From an uncultured Verrucomicrobiae bacterium (GTDB lineage Bacteria > Verrucomicrobiota > Verrucomicrobiia > Limisphaerales > Palsa-1400): a DNA stretch of 64,000 bases. Below, piece by piece: positions 48,121-57,404 of the stretch. The translations under genes were made by a program, and so were the position numbers. Numbering within the stretch: position 1 is the stretch's first letter; each line of letters opens with the position of its first letter. The notes under the pieces were generated by a model that saw only the letters and a program-made list of their open reading frames with translations, ran no database searches and was not told where the DNA came from. The stretch is from positions 128,001-192,000 of the forward strand of contig CAVXRD010000003.1 in assembly GCA_963764165.1 (NCBI GenBank), in the 5' to 3' direction.

Positions 48121-51100
48121 ATGTTTTTTTCCGCCAATTCAAGCCAGCGGAATGGCTCGCGCGCGAGTTTGGCGCTTTCTTTGGGCGCAGGCGCCGCGCT
48201 CGTCTTTTCAACAGTTGCCAATGCGGGCGCGGACGGCGCCAATGCAATTTCGATTGCTGGCTTGCAAAAGGAGGCGGCCGGAGGGCGAATCGTCAGCTCG
48301 TTCCGGCTTGAGGGCGTCGTGTGCGCAAGCGAACGCAATTTGCTCGCCCTGCAAGACGATTCGGCGACGGCGCTATTGGAACTGCCGCGCTCGGATGAGG
48401 GCATTCGTCCGGGCGACCGGGTTGAAATCACCTGCCAAAATTGCGCCGTCACCCGCAATCGATTCGGCATCCAGCTTGGAACCGCCCCGGTCGTCAATGA
48501 CGATGGGCATCATGGTCCAATCACAAAGTCAGGCGAGGTCTATCTTCGAGAGGGAATGGAACCATTTCGGTTAACGTGGTTCAATGGAGTTGAACCTTCC
48601 GTGTTGAAAGCGGAGTACGAAGGGCCGAATATTCCCCGGCAAGTCATTCCCTCTGCGATCCTCTATCGCAAGGGCGAAAACTCAAAATTTGCCCCTGGCC
48701 TCGAATACAATGTGTATACAGCTCCGAATTGGGGAGACGTTTTGCCGGATTTCAGCCGCATTCAACCAGTAGCGCACGGCATTGCAAGCAACGGGATCGA
48801 CTTGAGCTATCGAACGCGCCCCGAAAATGTCGGTCTCATCTTCGATGGGTTTATCAAAATCCCGGTGCCCGGCCTCTACACGTTCTACGTCACTTCGGAC
48901 GATGGATCTTATGTTTATGCGGGCGACCCGGCCTCTGCCTGCCACGTGGCCGTGGTCTCGCATCAGGACCAGCCGGCTCCGCGCTCCTTTCAAGACACGC
49001 TGCTTGGAGGCAGAAGCAATCAATGGACTCGATTGGAGGGCCGGATCACTTTCGTGGGCTCGGACCCGGACCTTGGCCAGCTTAAACTTGACGTCGCAGG
49101 CCTGGGGGCTTCGGCCCAGGTCGAGATTTTTGGGGCCTCTCATCTGCATTCGCCAGATTTGTTGGGAGCGCAGGTGGAGATTTGCGGCGTGGTCGCCGAC
49201 CTGCCGGATTCGGAAGCCGGACAAAAAGCGCGGCTGGTCATCCCTTCGGTCCATCAGCTTAAGATGCTACCCGCGGAGAAGGCAGGCACGAGCGAAACAT
49301 TGACTACGGCCAGGGAAGTCCGCGATTTGACTCCTGAGAAGGCGCGCCAGCGCCTCTGCGCGGATCTAAAGGGCGTGGTGACTTGGTGCTCGCCCCGCGC
49401 GCTCGTTTTGCAAGACGCCACCGGCGGCGTTTACGCGTTATTTTCGACCGACGACTGGACGCGGCAGCCGAGGGTGGGGGAATTTTGGGAAATTACCGGC
49501 CCGACAGATGCGGGGGATTTCTCGCCCATCATTTCGCCCGCCGCTGGAAAATTTCTCCGCAACGCGGCTCTTCCCGAACCGATTCGACCGACATGGGAGC
49601 AGGTGCTCAATGGCAGCCTGGATGCCGAGTACGTGGAACTGCGCGGCGCCCTAACCGAGGTGAAAGCAAATTCTCTGACCCTGCTGACATCCGAAGGAAA
49701 AATTCTCATCCAGCAATCGGATGACCGTCCGCTGCCCTACTTGCCTGAATTGCCCAAGGGCGAGTCTTATCTGGACAGCATCGTCCGCATCCGCGGCTGT
49801 TTTACCGCTCATTGGGACGACAACACACGCCTGGTTCATCCCGGTTATGCGTTTCTGAGTCCCGGCACAGTTGAAGTCGAGGAGTTCGCCCCAAAAAATC
49901 CATTTGCCATCCCTGCCAAGAAAATGGCCGACTTGCTGCGTTTCGATCCGAACCTTAATGTATTGAGGCGAACGAAAGTCCGCGGGCAGGTCGTGCTGGC
50001 CACTTGCGATCAATATTTTTTGCAGGACGAATCGACGGGGTTGCGGGTTCGAAGCAAGGTGCCGGTGGCATTGTCCCCGGGCGACACCGTCGAAGCAGTG
50101 GGGTTCGCGCAGATTGGCGGGCCATCCCCTGTATTGCAGGAAGCGCAGCTTCGAGTTCTGGGCAAAGCTCCGCTGCCGGCTCCCGCCAGCGTGGCTGGAG
50201 CTGAGTTGCGAAATCCACGGCGTGATTCGACCCGCATCCAAACTGTGGCGACCCTTCTCGGCGTCCGGCCCGAACGCGAAGGGAAGATGCTCGAATTGCA
50301 GGCCGGGCAAAATCATTTTGTCGCGCACCTGCCGCACGTTCACGCGGCGGAATCGCCTCTGGCCGGGAGCATCGTTCGATTGACAGGAGTCTGCGTCAGC
50401 CAGGCGGATCAAAAATTCACCAGCAACCCCGATGCCTTCGATCTGTGGTTGAATAGCGAGGCTGATATTGAGGTGCTGCAAAGCCCGCCGTTTTGGAATC
50501 CGAATCGCGCTCTTGCCATCGTGGAGGTTCTTTCCGCGGTCTTGGGAGTTGCCGCCATTTGGATCGCTTTGCTCCGGCGCAAAGTCGAGCAGCGAACCGC
50601 CGAGCTTGAAAAGCAGATTGAAGAACGCCAGGCAGTTGAACAGAGGCGCGCCATGGAACTGGAGCGGGCGCGCGTCGCGCAAGATCTGCACGATGAATTG
50701 GGAGCGGGGCTGACGGAGGTTGGCTTGCTGGGCGACCTCGTTAAGAACCCGGTTTTGCCCGGGGCTGAAAAACAAGTGTATTTGGGCCAGTTGACGGAAA
50801 TTGCCCGCTCGCTGGTGACATCGCTGGATGCGATCGTTTGGGCCATCAATCCCCGTTACGATTCCGTGGCTTCGCTGGCCAGTTATTACACGCTCTTCGC
50901 GCAGCGGTTCTTGAATCTGGCTGGCATCGCCTGCCGGCCCAATATCCCGGCGGATTTCGCCGAATGCCCGCTGAACACCAAAGGGCGGCATGGCCTGTTC
51001 CTGGCCTTCAAGGAGGCGCTGAACAACGTCGTGCGCCACGCCGGGGCGACTGAAGTTCACTTGACAATCCAAATGCAGGAAGGCGATTTGGTTATCCTGA

Positions 51101-51270
51101 TAGCGGACAACGGCTGCGGCATCACATTTACGGAAGCCCCCGGCGCGGAGGGATTGCAAGGAATGCGGCAGCGCCTGGAACAGTTGGGCGGCCATTGCGA
51201 AATTCGCACCCGTCCCGGCGAAGGCACTGAAGTTGAAATGCGCCTGCCTGTTGGAAAATTAGTCCCATGA
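48121..51270 (+). CDS. Sensor histidine kinase with a PA14 domain (start uncertain: 48064 or 48121)
   Basis: NDDGHHG, G.YTF...SDDGS PA14; repeated GVVT/LQD.TGG units; ER.RVAQDLHD, EALNN..RH. Confidence 0.88.
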   Translation: MFFSANSSQRNGSRASLALSLGAGAALVFSTVANAGADGANAISIAGLQKEAAGGRIVSSFRLEGVVCASERNLLALQDDSATALLELPRSDEGIRPGDRVEITCQNCAVTRNRFGIQLGTAPVVNDDGHHGPITKSGEVYLREGMEPFRLTWFNGVEPSVLKAEYEGPNIPRQVIPSAILYRKGENSKFAPGLEYNVYTAPNWGDVLPDFSRIQPVAHGIASNGIDLSYRTRPENVGLIFDGFIKIPVPGLYTFYVTSDDGSYVYAGDPASACHVAVVSHQDQPAPRSFQDTLLGGRSNQWTRLEGRITFVGSDPDLGQLKLDVAGLGASAQVEIFGASHLHSPDLLGAQVEICGVVADLPDSEAGQKARLVIPSVHQLKMLPAEKAGTSETLTTAREVRDLTPEKARQRLCADLKGVVTWCSPRALVLQDATGGVYALFSTDDWTRQPRVGEFWEITGPTDAGDFSPIISPAAGKFLRNAALPEPIRPTWEQVLNGSLDAEYVELRGALTEVKANSLTLLTSEGKILIQQSDDRPLPYLPELPKGESYLDSIVRIRGCFTAHWDDNTRLVHPGYAFLSPGTVEVEEFAPKNPFAIPAKKMADLLRFDPNLNVLRRTKVRGQVVLATCDQYFLQDESTGLRVRSKVPVALSPGDTVEAVGFAQIGGPSPVLQEAQLRVLGKAPLPAPASVAGAELRNPRRDSTRIQTVATLLGVRPEREGKMLELQAGQNHFVAHLPHVHAAESPLAGSIVRLTGVCVSQADQKFTSNPDAFDLWLNSEADIEVLQSPPFWNPNRALAIVEVLSAVLGVAAIWIALLRRKVEQRTAELEKQIEERQAVEQRRAMELERARVAQDLHDELGAGLTEVGLLGDLVKNPVLPGAEKQVYLGQLTEIARSLVTSLDAIVWAINPRYDSVASLASYYTLFAQRFLNLAGIACRPNIPADFAECPLNTKGRHGLFLAFKEALNNVVRHAGATEVHLTIQMQEGDLVILIADNGCGITFTEAPGAEGLQGMRQRLEQLGGHCEIRTRPGEGTEVEMRLPVGKLVP

Positions 51271-51893
51271 TACCCGTTGCCATAGTCGAGGATCACAAGA
51301 CCACCCGCCAAGCCTTCGAGCGGATTATAAATCTTTCATCGGATTGCCATTGCGCTTGCGCGTGCGGCAGCGCGGAGGACGCGCTGCGCGTCATCCCAGC
51401 CCACCAACCCGATGTGGTGCTGATGGACATCAAGCTGCCGAAGATGTCGGGCGTGGACTGCGTGGCGCGCCTGAAGGAGTTCCTGCCTGGAGCCCAGGTC
51501 ATCATGGTTACGGTTTACGAGGATCCGGACACGATTTTCCGGGCGTTGCGCGCGGGGGCCAGCGGCTATGTCTTGAAACGCGCCTCGGCAGACACACTTC
51601 TTGACTCCATTCGAGAGGTCAAACGAGGCGGCGTGCCGATGAGTGTCGAGATCGCCCGCAAGGTCATCGCGTATTTTCAGGGCGAGGCCACCGCCACCAA
51701 GGAAGCGGAAAAGCTAACCAGCCGGGAACGTGAAGTGCTGGACTTGGTGGCACAGGGCTTTTCCAACAAGGAAATCGCAGATCGCCTGAAAGTCACGGTA
51801 GACGGTGTGCTCTTCCACCTCAAACGCGTCTATCAGAAACTGCACGTGCATTCGCGCACGCAAGCCATTCGGAAGCTTCGCCCCGGGGGGTAA
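51267..51893 (+). CDS. NarL/LuxR response regulator
   Basis: IVED, VLMDI, GASGYVLK, LTSREREVL, NKEIA. Confidence 0.93.
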   Translation: MIPVAIVEDHKTTRQAFERIINLSSDCHCACACGSAEDALRVIPAHQPDVVLMDIKLPKMSGVDCVARLKEFLPGAQVIMVTVYEDPDTIFRALRAGASGYVLKRASADTLLDSIREVKRGGVPMSVEIARKVIAYFQGEATATKEAEKLTSREREVLDLVAQGFSNKEIADRLKVTVDGVLFHLKRVYQKLHVHSRTQAIRKLRPGG

Positions 51894-51978
51894 ACCGCAG
51901 GGCAGGGGGGCGGTTTGAATCAACCTCCGTCCAAAACCCAGGTGCAAAAAGGGCGGCTCTCCTTGTCGCGAAAACCAA

Positions 51979-52008
51979 GGGTGCAATAGGGTGCAATAGG
52001 GTGCAATG
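51979..52008. repeat. 10-bp tandem repeat GGGTGCAATA x3
   Basis: GGGTGCAATA GGGTGCAATA GGGTGCAATG. Confidence 0.8.
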
Positions 52009-52102
52009 ACCCGATTACGATTTATTGAGTTGGTATGAGAGGAAGCTTGGCGCGTGCCTGATTGAGGCATTGAGTATGCATAATATATATAATCTCAAAA
52101 AA

Positions 52103-52186
52103 CCCGCTACACCCGCTACATCGTTGAGCATCAACCAGATAACTCGCTACAAAAATGGCTACAAGGCCGCAACAAACCCGCTACAT
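52103..52186. repeat. GCTACA direct-repeat cluster next to an AT-rich tract
   Basis: Five GCTACA copies plus one GCAACA after ATAATATATATAAT. Confidence 0.7.
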
Positions 52187-52378
52187 TCATTATTTCAAAG
52201 AACACGCCCTGGCGGCGGCAGGGAGAAACATAAGGCCGAAAGGCCCATTTTGTCAATTATGATTGCAATTGCACGCTTCTGTGGAATTATGGAGAATGAC
52301 GAACCCAAGGCCGCGTAAAAGCCTGCCAGCGATCTATGTCCTGGGCTCGAACGACAACAAGGCTCAACATGAATCAAT

Positions 52379-52882
52379 TTATCCTTTCGATTTTGAAAGA
52401 GAGATTGGAACGTCAGCGTCCTCAAAATGCGCCCGCACTTCCAGTTTGCCGCCGAGTGCTTGAATTGTTGCTGCGAGAGTGCTCAGTTTAACCTCTCCGC
52501 GTTTTTCAAACCGGGAAATGGCCGGTTGTTTCACACCCGCCTTTTTCGCGAGCGCGACTTGGGAGTGCCCATACAATTCTCGAATTTCCTTCAATCCCAA
52601 GTGGATGGCGTTGCCGTTGCTTGTGGCCATCAACTGCGCCAACCGTTGGACTGCGCGCTCAGGAGTCCGATAAATCTCGGCGGGGCCTTCCCCGTATCCA
52701 GCAGCATGATGAAAAAGGCCAAACCCCCTTCCGGGGCGAAATTCCAATGTATGGCTCTTTTTGCCCATGCTTACGTCAATCCACCAGTTCCCGCCGGCAC
52801 GATCAGGGGCATCCACGACAACCGCGCAACTTGGCAGCCGCTGATCAAGCAGCTTTTTAAGACGTTCAATCATTTTTTCCAT
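52379..52882 (-). CDS. XRE-HTH (HigA-like C-terminus) fused to an unknown N-terminal domain
   Basis: SQV.LA...GV.Q..IS..EK....LSTL...I.ALGG.L; N-terminal W.ID...E.RPG.GFG...YGEGP. Confidence 0.8.
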   Translation of the reverse strand: MEKMIERLKKLLDQRLPSCAVVVDAPDRAGGNWWIDVSMGKKSHTLEFRPGRGFGLFHHAAGYGEGPAEIYRTPERAVQRLAQLMATSNGNAIHLGLKEIRELYGHSQVALAKKAGVKQPAISRFEKRGEVKLSTLAATIQALGGKLEVRAHFEDADVPISLSKSKG

Positions 52883-52956
52883 ATTACACAGACAGAATAT
52901 ACCCTGCATGGAATATGCGTCAAGCGAGATCATGTGAAATCGCGTGATGTCATAAA

Positions 52957-52985
52957 TTGACATTTTGGCCCAAACTGATTACAAT
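52957..52985 (+). promoter_or_regulatory. Near-consensus sigma70 promoter of the DUF433/DUF5615 operon
   Basis: TTGACA-17-TACAAT overlapped by TGATTAC direct repeats (possible operator). Confidence 0.7.
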
Positions 52986-53012
52986 GATTACGATGATGTG
53001 GGAGATCGCTTT

Positions 53013-53444
53013 ATGACGCGCAGCAGCATGGTGACAAGCCGCCTTGAGCCGGAGCAGCATGAGCGCCTTGTGCGAAAGGCCAGGCAAATGGGCCGCTCGC
53101 CAAGCGAAACTGGAGCGCTTCTCATCGAAGAAGGGCTTCGCCGGGATGAATTTGCGTTCATTGATTTCCGCGACTCGCCAACCGGGCGCCGAGCGTATGT
53201 CCAAGGCTCAACGCTGGCTGTTTGGGAAGTGGCATGGATTGCGCGCGGTTACAAAAGCGACGCCGCGAAAACCGCCTCGCATTTAGGCATGACGCCTCTC
53301 AAGGTAATGGCGGCTCTAAACTATTCGAAGGCTTTTCCCGATGAAATTGACGAAGCGATAAGAGAGCATGACGCTTCTGACTTTGAGTCGCTTTCCCGCA
53401 TGGTGCCGCAAGCGGAAATCTTTCCACCGGCAAAAAGGCGATGA
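53013..53444 (+). CDS. RHH plus DUF433 antitoxin
   Basis: RHH-like start, I.FRD...GR.A...GS.L.VWEV, AL.Y...F..EI. Confidence 0.82.
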   Translation: MTRSSMVTSRLEPEQHERLVRKARQMGRSPSETGALLIEEGLRRDEFAFIDFRDSPTGRRAYVQGSTLAVWEVAWIARGYKSDAAKTASHLGMTPLKVMAALNYSKAFPDEIDEAIREHDASDFESLSRMVPQAEIFPPAKRR

Positions 53445-53447
53445 CGT

Positions 53448-53831
53448 TTGCGCCCGCTCCGCTTCTTAACCGATGAGCACATTTCCCCTGTCGTAGCGCG
53501 GGAAGCGAGGCGGAAATGCCCCGGCATTTTCATCATTTCCATTCACGAGTGGCGGGAAGGCGCTTTTCTTGGCTCGCAGGACCAAGTGTTTTTGCCCGAA
53601 GCGTCAAAGGAGGGGCTTGCCTTTGTGTCGTATGATCAAAAAACCATCCGGCCACTCTTAAAGAGTTGGGCCGAGGCGGGAACGGATCACGCGGGATTTG
53701 TGTTTGTCGACGAAAAGACAATCGCGCCGCAAAATTTTGGCCGTCTCGTGAAGTCGCTCTGCGACCTTTGGCGAAGTGAAAAGCGGGCATCGTGGGAAAA
53801 CCGGGTCGTCTATCTGGTCTCACCCGAATAA
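53448..53831 (+). CDS. DUF5615 PIN-like toxin
   Basis: RFL.DEH, G..D, VSYD..TI, H.G..F. Confidence 0.8.
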   Translation: MRPLRFLTDEHISPVVAREARRKCPGIFIISIHEWREGAFLGSQDQVFLPEASKEGLAFVSYDQKTIRPLLKSWAEAGTDHAGFVFVDEKTIAPQNFGRLVKSLCDLWRSEKRASWENRVVYLVSPE

Positions 53832-53893
53832 ATTATTGCCGGCAAAAATCTTCCTTGGAAAAGGGCAACGGGTCTTCCCGATTGAGTCAACTC

Positions 53894-54102
53894 GTCAGCC
53901 CTCACTTTTGCGCTTTGGTTTTGGCGGTGGGTGCCGGATGTGAGAGGCATTACCACATGTCCCGTCAACCCGACGGTTGCGGGCGAGACGACGATGACGC
54001 TGGCCTGGACCGCTCAGCGTCTGCACATGGGCAGTTGGAGCCATGTGTCGAATCTTTTGCAAAAACAAAAAGTGCAAAAAGTGAGGAAATCGGAATGACA
54101 CC
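53894..54102 (+). mobile_element. Internally deleted Y1/RAYT-type transposase relic with flanking inverted repeats
   Basis: IR CCTCACTTTTGCGCTTT ... AAAGTGCAAAAAGTGAGG; MSRQP start joined to an ETTMTLAWTAQRLHMGSWSHVSNLL HTH tail. Confidence 0.55.
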
Positions 54103-54187
54103 GGAACCGAAATGATGACACCGAAATCGGATTGATTTCGTTGTCGTTTTTAAGCACTGTTCCGGCAGCAGATTTGCTTTTGAAACA

Positions 54188-54400
54188 ATGAATCGTCAAT
54201 TTACCGCAATCATCAAACAGGACGGGGATTGGTGGATTGGCTGGGTGGAGGAAATTCCCGGTGTTAATTGCCAGGGGAAGACCCGCGCGGAGCTTCAAGA
54301 AAACTTGCGCTCCGCGTTAAAAGAGGCGCTAGAGTTTAATCGCGACGATGCCCTCGCCGCTGCGCAGGAAGGATTCGAGGAGGAAGCCATCGTTTTATGA
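54188..54400 (+). CDS. hicB: HicB-family antitoxin (short form)
   Basis: FTAII..DG.WWIG.VEEIPGVN.QG.T..E...NL..AL. Confidence 0.88.
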   Translation: MNRQFTAIIKQDGDWWIGWVEEIPGVNCQGKTRAELQENLRSALKEALEFNRDDALAAAQEGFEEEAIVL

Positions 54401-54582
54401 AACGGCGGGAACTCGTCCGCCATCTTGCGACCCACGTGTGCGTGCTAATTCGCGAAGGCAGCGACCACTCATGGTGGGGCAATCCGGTTTCAAATCGGCG
54501 CTCTGCTGTGTCCAGGCCCTCAGAGATCAATAAATTTCTTGCGCTATAGATTTGCCGCGATTTCGGCATACCAGTGCCATAA
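54397..54582 (+). pseudogene. hicA: HicA-family toxin with an internal TAG
   Basis: MKRRELVRHL...REGSDHSWW...EINKFLAL*ICRDFGIP; TAG at 54547-54549; ATGA-coupled to hicB. Confidence 0.82.
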
Positions 54583-54809
54583 GAAAATTCTCCCGCGCCT
54601 TGTCTGCCATAGACTTGGCGAAGGGGGGAATGCCCTTTCTTATCCACAAGGCCCTCTCCAAAGCCTATCAACTACTCAATAAACCGGGCCACCTTTTCCA
54701 GGAAGTTTCCCATCGCAGCCGCTGCCGCAAAACCACCCGAAAAGTGTCAAGAGGAATACATGCCCCTTATCTAAGCGCCATTCTCCCTTCGGGATTTCCG
54801 GAAAATCTC

Positions 54810-55003
54810 TTAGCCCGAACCATGCAGTTCATTTCACTGGGAGCACACCCGCCCTCGGGTGTGGACGACTGGCGCCTCGCCAGTCGCCAGTGGGAAATTC
54901 TTCGAACCAAGCGGTTCAGGCTTTGAATGTGTTCCGCGAGGGCGCGGAACACTGCACGCGAGGCGCGTGCGCTCCCCAAACCATCTGCATAGTTCCGGCT
55001 TAG
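54810..55003. mobile_element. MITE, family C (second copy)
   Basis: C-TTA-GCCCGAACCATGCAG ... CTGCATAGTTCCGGC-TTA-G; internal GGGAGCAC...GTGCGCTCCC hairpins. Confidence 0.72.
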
Positions 55004-55068
55004 AGCGGGGCATCAGAGGGATTATCGCATTCCACTGAAAACGTCGATAGACCCTTTCTAACGGTCTG

Positions 55069-57096
55069 CTAGGGTGCCAGTCTCAGCCGGAAAAATGCCG
55101 GACCCTGCGCGGGCACCGTGACTGCATGCTGCGCTCGATTGAGATCAACCGGCGGCGACGCGACCAAGGACCAAGGCCCGGTGACGCTGGGGGCGGTTTC
55201 CAGCAATGCCCCCATCAGCGGCAACGGCCACGCCACCGTCATCTGGCCACCCGGAGCCGGAACCAGGGTGAGTTGCGCGGGCGCGCCTGTGACCACCACT
55301 CGGGCGGGTTTGGACCACCCGCGCGAATTGGCCGGATTCACCGCGTTGGCGGAGAACGACCATGTGCCCGTCGTCAAATTGGAAACCGTCATTGAGTAAG
55401 GCGGACTAAACACCGCACCGAGGAGATTCGTGCCCTGCCAAAATTCCACCCACTGGATTCCTTGCGGGTCGCTGGCGGTCGCGGCCAGGGTCACGGACGC
55501 AGGCGCGGTCAGCGTGGTCAAATCCGCCGGGCTCACCAGCACCGACTGTGGCGGCGTGGCGGCGACGCCGTTCACATCCAGCAGAACCGTCGCCGCGCTG
55601 GAGACTGCCTGGCCGTCACTCACCGTAAACTGGAAAGACTCGGAACCGGTGAAGCCGGCCAGCGGCGTGTAAGACAAATTCGGCGGCGTTCCGGTCAAAA
55701 CGCCATACCTGGGTTGCGTAACCAACGTGAACTGCAGCGCGTCGTGATCAGCGTCAAAGCCCGTCAGCGTCAGGTTCATGGGTGTGTTTAGCGTCCCGGC
55801 GAAATTTGCGGGCAGCGCGCTCGGCGGATGATTCGTGACCGGCTGCGGCGTGGTGTCAAAGGAGTAAATCGTCCCGCCCGAGACGCCGGCCCACACCGTG
55901 TTGCCATGGGCGGTGATGATGCCTCCCGCGATGACCGCATTCGAAAGGGCGGGTGGCAGTTGATTGGTCAGCCCGCTGATCCCGGTGTTGAACTGGCTCC
56001 AATTCATGCCGTCCGCCGACCGGTATATGCCGCCGGTCCGGGCATAATTCTGGTTCATGTAAGTAAAAGAAATTCCCGACGCGGTCGTCACCACAACTCC
56101 CGGGGCCGGCGTCGCTGGCAGTCCGAAATCCGCCTTGAAATACGTTCCGTCGCCGGGCCGGTAGCCGATTAATTGAACACCCGCCCAATTCGCCGAACCC
56201 GGGAAAACCATGCTGAACTCGGCGTTGTTGCAGACAACATTGCCAAACCGGTCAAAGCCTGCGGCCCCGGCATTGCCGATCCGCCCCAGCGGATTGAGCG
56301 TGGCGGCGTTGGTGAAGTCCGGATCCAGGCTTGTCCATGAAAGCCCATTGTTGGCCGTGTGCAGAAACCCGCCCGTCTCCGAGCCGACCACTACATCCCC
56401 GCCGGGCGCGACGGCAACGCCGAAGATTTTTCCAAAGTAAGTTTCGCCGTTGATCAGCGGAAAATAATCGGCCGGCACCGAGGCGTCGATGTCGAAGGCC
56501 TGATAGCTCCGCCCGCCGTCTGTGCTGCGGTAGACGTAGGAGGCGAACCCCGAAGTCGTCCACAGCGAGCCATCCGGCGCATTGGCAAAATTGCCGGCAT
56601 AAGCCGTGTAGGGGTAGGTCTGGCCCGTCACCGCCGCTGGCTGCCACTGGCTGGCATTCTCGTCCCAATAATAAAACACCGGGATGGCGTTCGGCACCCC
56701 GGTATAGGCATAAATGCTGTTGTTGATGACATTAACCGGGCTGCCGGAAATGACCGGGACACCCTGCGGGGAAACGCCCACGTTCCATAACGCAAAACCG
56801 TTGCTGTTCGCCGCCGACCAACCCGGAAACCCCGTCATCGGCATGGCCGAAAACACGTGGTCCGTGAGCGCCGCCCGATAAACCCCGTTGAACGTCGTGG
56901 CGTAGTAAAGATTCGTGCCATCCGTGGCCAGCCGGGCAAACCCGGCCGCCACGCCCGAAGTGTTCGTCACCGTCGCCTTGCCCCAGTTCGTCCAAGTGTC
57001 CGCCCCCGCGCCAGCCGCATATGCCAGCCAGACGCCCGCCGCCAGCGCCCCTGTCCGCTGCGCTTTCATCCATCGACCGACAATGCCATTTTTCAT
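55069..57096 (-). CDS. Secreted BNR/Asp-box propeller plus Ig-like domains, FFRL C-terminus
   Basis: RSTDGGRSY, TANNGLSW and RSADGMNW Asp-boxes; D.D.D.L...YTP...F.G.ESF; A.ASDP.GI..VEF. Confidence 0.8.
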   Translation of the reverse strand: MKNGIVGRWMKAQRTGALAAGVWLAYAAGAGADTWTNWGKATVTNTSGVAAGFARLATDGTNLYYATTFNGVYRAALTDHVFSAMPMTGFPGWSAANSNGFALWNVGVSPQGVPVISGSPVNVINNSIYAYTGVPNAIPVFYYWDENASQWQPAAVTGQTYPYTAYAGNFANAPDGSLWTTSGFASYVYRSTDGGRSYQAFDIDASVPADYFPLINGETYFGKIFGVAVAPGGDVVVGSETGGFLHTANNGLSWTSLDPDFTNAATLNPLGRIGNAGAAGFDRFGNVVCNNAEFSMVFPGSANWAGVQLIGYRPGDGTYFKADFGLPATPAPGVVVTTASGISFTYMNQNYARTGGIYRSADGMNWSQFNTGISGLTNQLPPALSNAVIAGGIITAHGNTVWAGVSGGTIYSFDTTPQPVTNHPPSALPANFAGTLNTPMNLTLTGFDADHDALQFTLVTQPRYGVLTGTPPNLSYTPLAGFTGSESFQFTVSDGQAVSSAATVLLDVNGVAATPPQSVLVSPADLTTLTAPASVTLAATASDPQGIQWVEFWQGTNLLGAVFSPPYSMTVSNLTTGTWSFSANAVNPANSRGWSKPARVVVTGAPAQLTLVPAPGGQMTVAWPLPLMGALLETAPSVTGPWSLVASPPVDLNRAQHAVTVPAQGPAFFRLRLAP

Positions 57097-57404
57097 TTAT
57101 TATGCCTTCACCAATGCGCCCGGACTTGCGGCTTAGTTATCCAGCCGACCTTTTGATGGAAGCCGGTGGATGGCCAGTTAAACCTGTTGAAGCTGCGGAC
57201 GGCAATACGCCGTGGGACGTATCCTCTCGAATGGGTTCGTCGTTGCGGTGTCCGCCCTCACTTTCTGCATTTTGGTTTCGACCTGGGATGGCGGGTGTGA
57301 GAAGGTGGCATCAGCAGCGTCGGAAAAAGCGGCTGCTGCAGTTTGCGTGGAAGACTACAAGATTTGGTAGCTGTAGGCGGCAGCGCAAAGCTGGTAAAAA
57401 AGGA

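Noticed and set aside
45721..51195. 477-aa (+) and 514-aa (-) ORFs
   Set aside because: Antisense shadows of the SGNH-TPR gene and the PA14 kinase gene
54547..54549. TAG read-through or recoding in hicA
   Set aside because: Other genes end at TAG normally and hicA has further degenerate changes, so a pseudogene is simpler
57021..57404. 128-aa N-terminal extension of the giant ORF
   Set aside because: Overlaps the divergent gene start, has atypical composition and precedes the signal peptide; probably untranslated
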